From: Tubulanus polymorphus
Taxonomy: Eukaryota; Animalia; Nemertea
Length of the DNA: 64,000 nucleotides
Assembly: GCF_964204645.1 (NCBI RefSeq)
Contig: NC_134029.1
Location: 20,702,950 to 20,766,949, forward strand
Direction: 5' to 3'
The position numbers were made by a program, and so were the translations under genes. Numbering within the stretch: the stretch's first letter is position 1; each line of letters begins with the position of its first letter. Shown in pieces: positions 59,601-64,000 of the stretch. Under the pieces are notes generated by a model. That model had not been told where the DNA came from. It did no database searches and saw nothing but the letters and a program-made list of their open reading frames with translations.

Positions 59601-62600
59601 GTATTATATATAAAATGTACTATGTAAAGACGGGCATATAAGTCAAGCCCACGGTAGAAATATTTAGAATATGAAGATTTCCCACCATATGCGTATATTG
59701 GTAAACGTCCCTTCTATTCAAACCGTGCTTATTTTTATACAATTTCATGAACGTCATACATTAACTTCCTATTTCCTATTTTAACATCCTATTTCAAAGA
59801 AATTTCCCTTAAAATCATTTATAATGTATTTTTACAGAGGATGTACGCGGTCTGCGATCTGGCTATGGGAATCGTCGTTACGAAAACAACAAGCTTCATA
59901 CTGAAAGACTTCCTCGCTGAGCCCGTTCTGCCGAAAAAACTCTTCACAAGACCCGACCAAAACTATGCAAACACGAAATTCTACTTGCCGAAAGAATTTG
60001 CTTTTTCCCCGCCGAAGGTACGTATTATTCAAGACTGCGGCCGGTGGACTGCGTTTGTTTGAATTGCTAAATTCTTTCAACAAAAATGTTTTATTCGATT
60101 TGTAGAAGAAACAAGCGATCAATCTGCTCGCCGGAATCCGTACGGCTCCCAGTTATAATCCTAGCACGAAAACAACGGCTAATAAAGGAAAATCTCCCTC
60201 TGCTTCTTCCAGTCAACATTCGTAAGTATCGAGACCCAACCACTTCCATAAAATTAGATCAGTAAAGGTTTTAGAGGGAATTTGTAATCGGTGTGGTGGC
60301 CACTGACCTGGAAAACCTGAAAGACTCAGGGAATTTGGATGCTATTGGTAACGCGTTTCATTAACAATACGTGTATTTTAACATTTAAAACGACGATATT
60401 CCATAATTTAGGAAATTCTGTGTGATAACATAGAGAAATCAGGGAATTTGTAAATACGTGGAACGTGGCCACACTGATAATTATTCAATAATAATGCGAT
60501 AGAATATTTGAAATATAAGTTGCTCGTTGATTTTCAGGCCCAGTCGAGGGTCGCAGGAGTCAATAGATCTGATCAAACGCCTCGCCAGCGGAGCGGCCGC
60601 TAAATTCGACAGCGCCAATAAGAAAACGAGTGATTCAAATAATTCAGCGATATCGACTCTCGCGCAAACGAAGGTGAACGTTCCGTCGAAACTGAAACAA
60701 TCGACGTTATCACCGTTAAAACGATCGAATAAGGATAACACGGTTACGCCATCGCCACCGCCGGGAAAAGCTCCGAAAAAGTCCGGCGCGCTTACGAACG
60801 GACGAAAGAAACCGGGGCAGCCGAGAAAAGGTCGCGGCGGAATCGCGGCCTCCGATTCTCAATCGTCGACGGATACCACCGGTTCACCGGCGGCGCCGAG
60901 GCCCCGGGGACGACCGCGCAAGGATTTAAACGTCGATAAAAAAAATGTCGCGTCGCCGTCGAAATCAGTGACTAGCAACGACGGTAATAAAAGTTCACCG
61001 TTGAAACGTAAAGTCGGCCGAACGCCGGCAAATAAAGCGTTGACTAGTTCTTCATCTCAATCGCCGGGGTCGTCCGACGAGTCCTCACCACCGAAAAGAG
61101 GTCGATTCTCTCAGTCGCCATCGTCGAGTGAGAGTTCTCCCGTTGTTAAACGAACCGGTCGCCAACCGCTAAGCGGCAAGAATTCCTCGTCGGCTAAACG
61201 TCTAGGCCGACCACCGCGTGCCGCCCTATCCGACGACACGGCTTCCCCGGCGTCCGGGAAGCGGACCGGTCGTAAACCGCCGTCTCAGACGTCTAGTGAG
61301 GCCGGTTCTCCTGCCGTGAAACGCCCCGGTCGTAAACCGTCGTCTCAGTCGTCTGGCAGTTCGGCGAAACGCGGCCGGGCGCCTTCGTCGCAGTCGTCCA
61401 GCGATACGGCGGCGTCTCCGGCGACTAAACGACCACGCGGTCGACCGGCCGCCGTTAAACAACAACAGAACGGTATTAAGCCGTCGCCGAAAAACAACAA
61501 TAACAAAAAAACTGCTGTTTCGCCCGCGAAAAAAACCGGCAACAATCTGTTGAATAAGGCGAAAAAATTGAAACAGCAAGTAGCGGCAAAACGCAGTCCG
61601 AAACCACCACCATCACCAGCAAAGAGTCCAGTTAAATCACCAAAGTAAGTACATTAAACTGCTGAGTTTTATACTATTCATTTAGTGAGCAAAAACCAAC
61701 CGTAATTTGGCAACAATGACATAGGCAGTTTGTAGCGAGTCTAACAATAATACTATACTATAAAGTCTCACTCTGAAAAGTGCTTACTATTGGATATATA
61801 TAGGAAAGGCTCGCATAAGTGTACGTGTAAGTATTGCAAAGTATCTACTATTTCGACGAACCTAACTAGACTGGAGTACATAGTATTTCTCCATTGTCAT
61901 CACAGGAAATTTCTACTGAAAGTTTTTTGTGTCTTGAATTGTGCAAGTTCAACTTTTGATTTAGAAAAATGCTGGACACTCTTCTTTGAATTCGAAAAAA
62001 GTGCTTACTTTTTGACCTCTGAAAAATGTTGAAAAGCACTGAACTTAAGGCCTCAGTCTGACTGCTACAAACCCTGGGGTAGAGTCTATTGAACCCGATG
62101 TTTGGGGTAGAATTCAGTATTTTAAAATTGTCATTTGTTCGTTTCTGTACAGAAGAAACCTGATGTCTGATTTTACTGAATCGGATTCGAGTCCAACAAC
62201 ATCACCTAGTAAACCATCCCCGTCGCGTAAACGAGCATCGGTAACGCCGTTGAAAGGACCTCAAAATAAACGGTCAGTCGGAAATCCGGACTAGTCTCTT
62301 GCTTTCACGAATTTAAAGATTGATTATTTTCATCGATTCGTAAAATTTCAGGAATAAGACGTCGACGAGTAAAAATGCTCAGTCACCGGCGAAGAAAAAG
62401 ACAGCACCACCTGAGAAGAAGAAGCTCGGACGACCTAAGAAAAATGTGTAAGCCATCAAATTCATCTAGGATGAATCATCAAATTCAAACGATTTGGGAA
62501 CTTCGGTCCAACCTTTCCCACTTCGATATACTAAGTTGTCAAATAAAAATATCAAATGACCGTACGATTGCATACTGAGTAACCATAACCATAAAATTTC

Positions 62601-63832
62601 AACAGAGTTCAGTCAAATTCGGAAGTTGTAGATGGCGTTAGTATTCATTGCAGATTTGAATGATCAATGAACTAATGAAATCAAAGATATGTCCTTTATA
62701 ATGCGACAGTTGTGACTAGAAGAACCATGGCACTAAAACGAAAAATGGCATCCAATTGTTTATGAGTTAGATTGAGCTAATTTGTTCTCTGAAAATGTTG
62801 GCGTTAAGTGAAGATTGGCATTAAAAATGGACTTTCACTGTTTATTCAGATTGAACAGGATATTGATTATAACTATATTAAGACTTAATCTAGAATCTAC
62901 TATCCACCTGGGGCCGGTTGCTCAGAAGTTGGTTAGAGTTAACCAGTGGATAGTTGATATGATGACAATTGAAATTTCATTGTTACTATGGTTTTTAACG
63001 GCCGGTTATCTTTAACCAACTTATGAGCAACTGGCCCCTGATGTTCTTTCATATATTTGTGTATAATCGGTTAGTAACGATTGGTTTGTCTTTTCATATT
63101 GTATAGAAGAACGGCAAACATACCAAATGGAGTGTCAGACAGTCAGTCGTCTGGACGGTCATCTAGAAAATCCACCCCATCATCAACACCTGCATCTTCT
63201 CCCCGTAAATCAGCAACACCGAACAAGGTAAGTCGAAATACTTCAAGACACCTGTAAACTGTGTCGTTTATGAAGTACAAACAAACTCAATTTTGCTGAT
63301 TATTTTAACATCTATGACCCCCATGTATTTTTGAAACATCACGTACATTGGTACATAGGAAGGGAGGAAATAGTTATAAGGATGTGTACGTATTGTACTT
63401 AATGAATGGTCGCGATCATTTCTCATTCAAAACTCTTCTTAGCCAAGCTAAAAAAACACTAACTTAACTCTTACATGGTTGCCACGGAACAGGGAAATTG
63501 AATATTAATTCCCAGTTTGGAAATATTTGGGAATTCAAAAATTCATTACATTTCACATATTGCATTTGCCAAGGGCAACTTCCTTCAGCAATTTCCCTTG
63601 AAAATTACCTTTATCAACCAGTCACCGCTAAAATGTTGACTGTAGCATGACGATATGTTTTCATTTCCATTTGGGAAAATTGAAAAATCACCCATGAAAT
63701 ACTTGGGAATTTTGAATTCATATAACTGCGCGAACCATGCTCTTAATACCAGTGTATCTATAAAGAGGAATTAATTACAACCTGTTCTATTTCCAGGCTA
63801 CAAAGCGACCAATTCGCAAGGGACGAAAGTGA
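50688..63832 (+). CDS. PDS5: Sister chromatid cohesion protein PDS5 (PDS5A/B homolog), multi-exon
   Basis: N-terminus [27 protein letters not shown]. Later exons include [13 protein letters not shown]|[11 protein letters not shown]|[48 protein letters not shown] and MYAVCDLAM, followed by a basic AT-hook tail. The final exon 63797-63832 reads [11 protein letters not shown]. Confidence 0.95.
54346..54387 (-). ncRNA. Minimal type I hammerhead ribozyme within a Penelope-like element remnant
   Basis: The minus strand reads ACAC-CTGACGA-T-GATCTC-TAGGGT-GAGATC-GAAA-C-GTC-GTGT: intact core, 6-bp stem II, palindromic ACGT helix III and a 4-bp stem I, with AATAAA downstream. Confidence 0.7.
54920..55185 (+). 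mobile_element. CORE-type SINE (5'-truncated tRNA head) with an L2-like tail
   Basis: GGTTCGA B-box remnant, a GTGTCCTCGGGCAAGACACTT...CTCTCCACCCAGGAGTAAATGGGTACC core, and a TGTAAAGCGCT..GCGCTATATAAG tail ending in (ATT)n. Confidence 0.8.
56746..56820. mobile_element. Partial family-1 MITE in a PDS5 intron
   Basis: GGTCCGGTTTTAGAGACTCGTATTATCTTTAACCCGGGGGCTAACTCAA...TTGAGTTAACCC, homologous to the 25686 copy. Confidence 0.75.
60292..60476. mobile_element. GTGGCCAC-terminated MITE family member (related copies at ~53648-53841, ~55525-55630 and ~63474-63740)
   Basis: GTGGCCAC near both ends, with internal CAGGGAATTT/GGAAAAC repeats shared among the PDS5 intronic copies. Confidence 0.6.
62911..63037. 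mobile_element. Palindromic MITE (family 3) with CTG target-site duplication
   Basis: GGGCCGGTTGCTCAGAAGTTGGTTAGAG...CTTTAACCAACTTATGAGCAACTGGCCC flanked by CTG on both sides. Confidence 0.85.
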
Positions 63833-64000
63833 ACTGCTAATTGACCCGAGTCGACCTACGATTCTTCATGCGCATTTTCAAATTGATTCGTTGAAATTAT
63901 TTTTATCGAGCTCCAGTCTCGCCGTTAAAACCGTGTGCAAATACCTAAATCGCGTGTGTTATAATGTCATAATTAAATGCATCATTTGTAAATGAATATA

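Overview
Eukaryotic (metazoan) genomic DNA: AT-rich, with spliceosomal GT-AG introns. A SPILE-type TALE homeobox gene points to a spiralian (lophotrochozoan) invertebrate. From left to right: (1) the 5' end of a UBAP2/UBAP2L (lingerer) gene on the minus strand, running off the left edge; (2) a 7.8-31.3 kb cluster of seven rhodopsin-class GPCRs with intronless coding regions, in two subfamilies (five 'A', two 'B'), plus two truncated B remnants; (3) a GC-rich, hairpin-dense non-coding island at about 31.6-32.05 kb; (4) UBE2K (+, 6 coding exons); (5) an intronless spiralian TALE (SPILE-like) homeobox gene (-); (6) N4BP2 (-), with a 24 x 41-bp hairpin-forming tandem array starting just after its stop codon; (7) PDS5 (+), head-to-head with N4BP2. 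Introns and intergenic DNA hold many MITEs (PIF/Harbinger-like and Tc1/mariner-like), CORE-type SINEs, L2/CR1 LINE tails and a minimal Penelope-type hammerhead ribozyme. All calls come from reading the sequence by eye; no database searches or folding programs were run.
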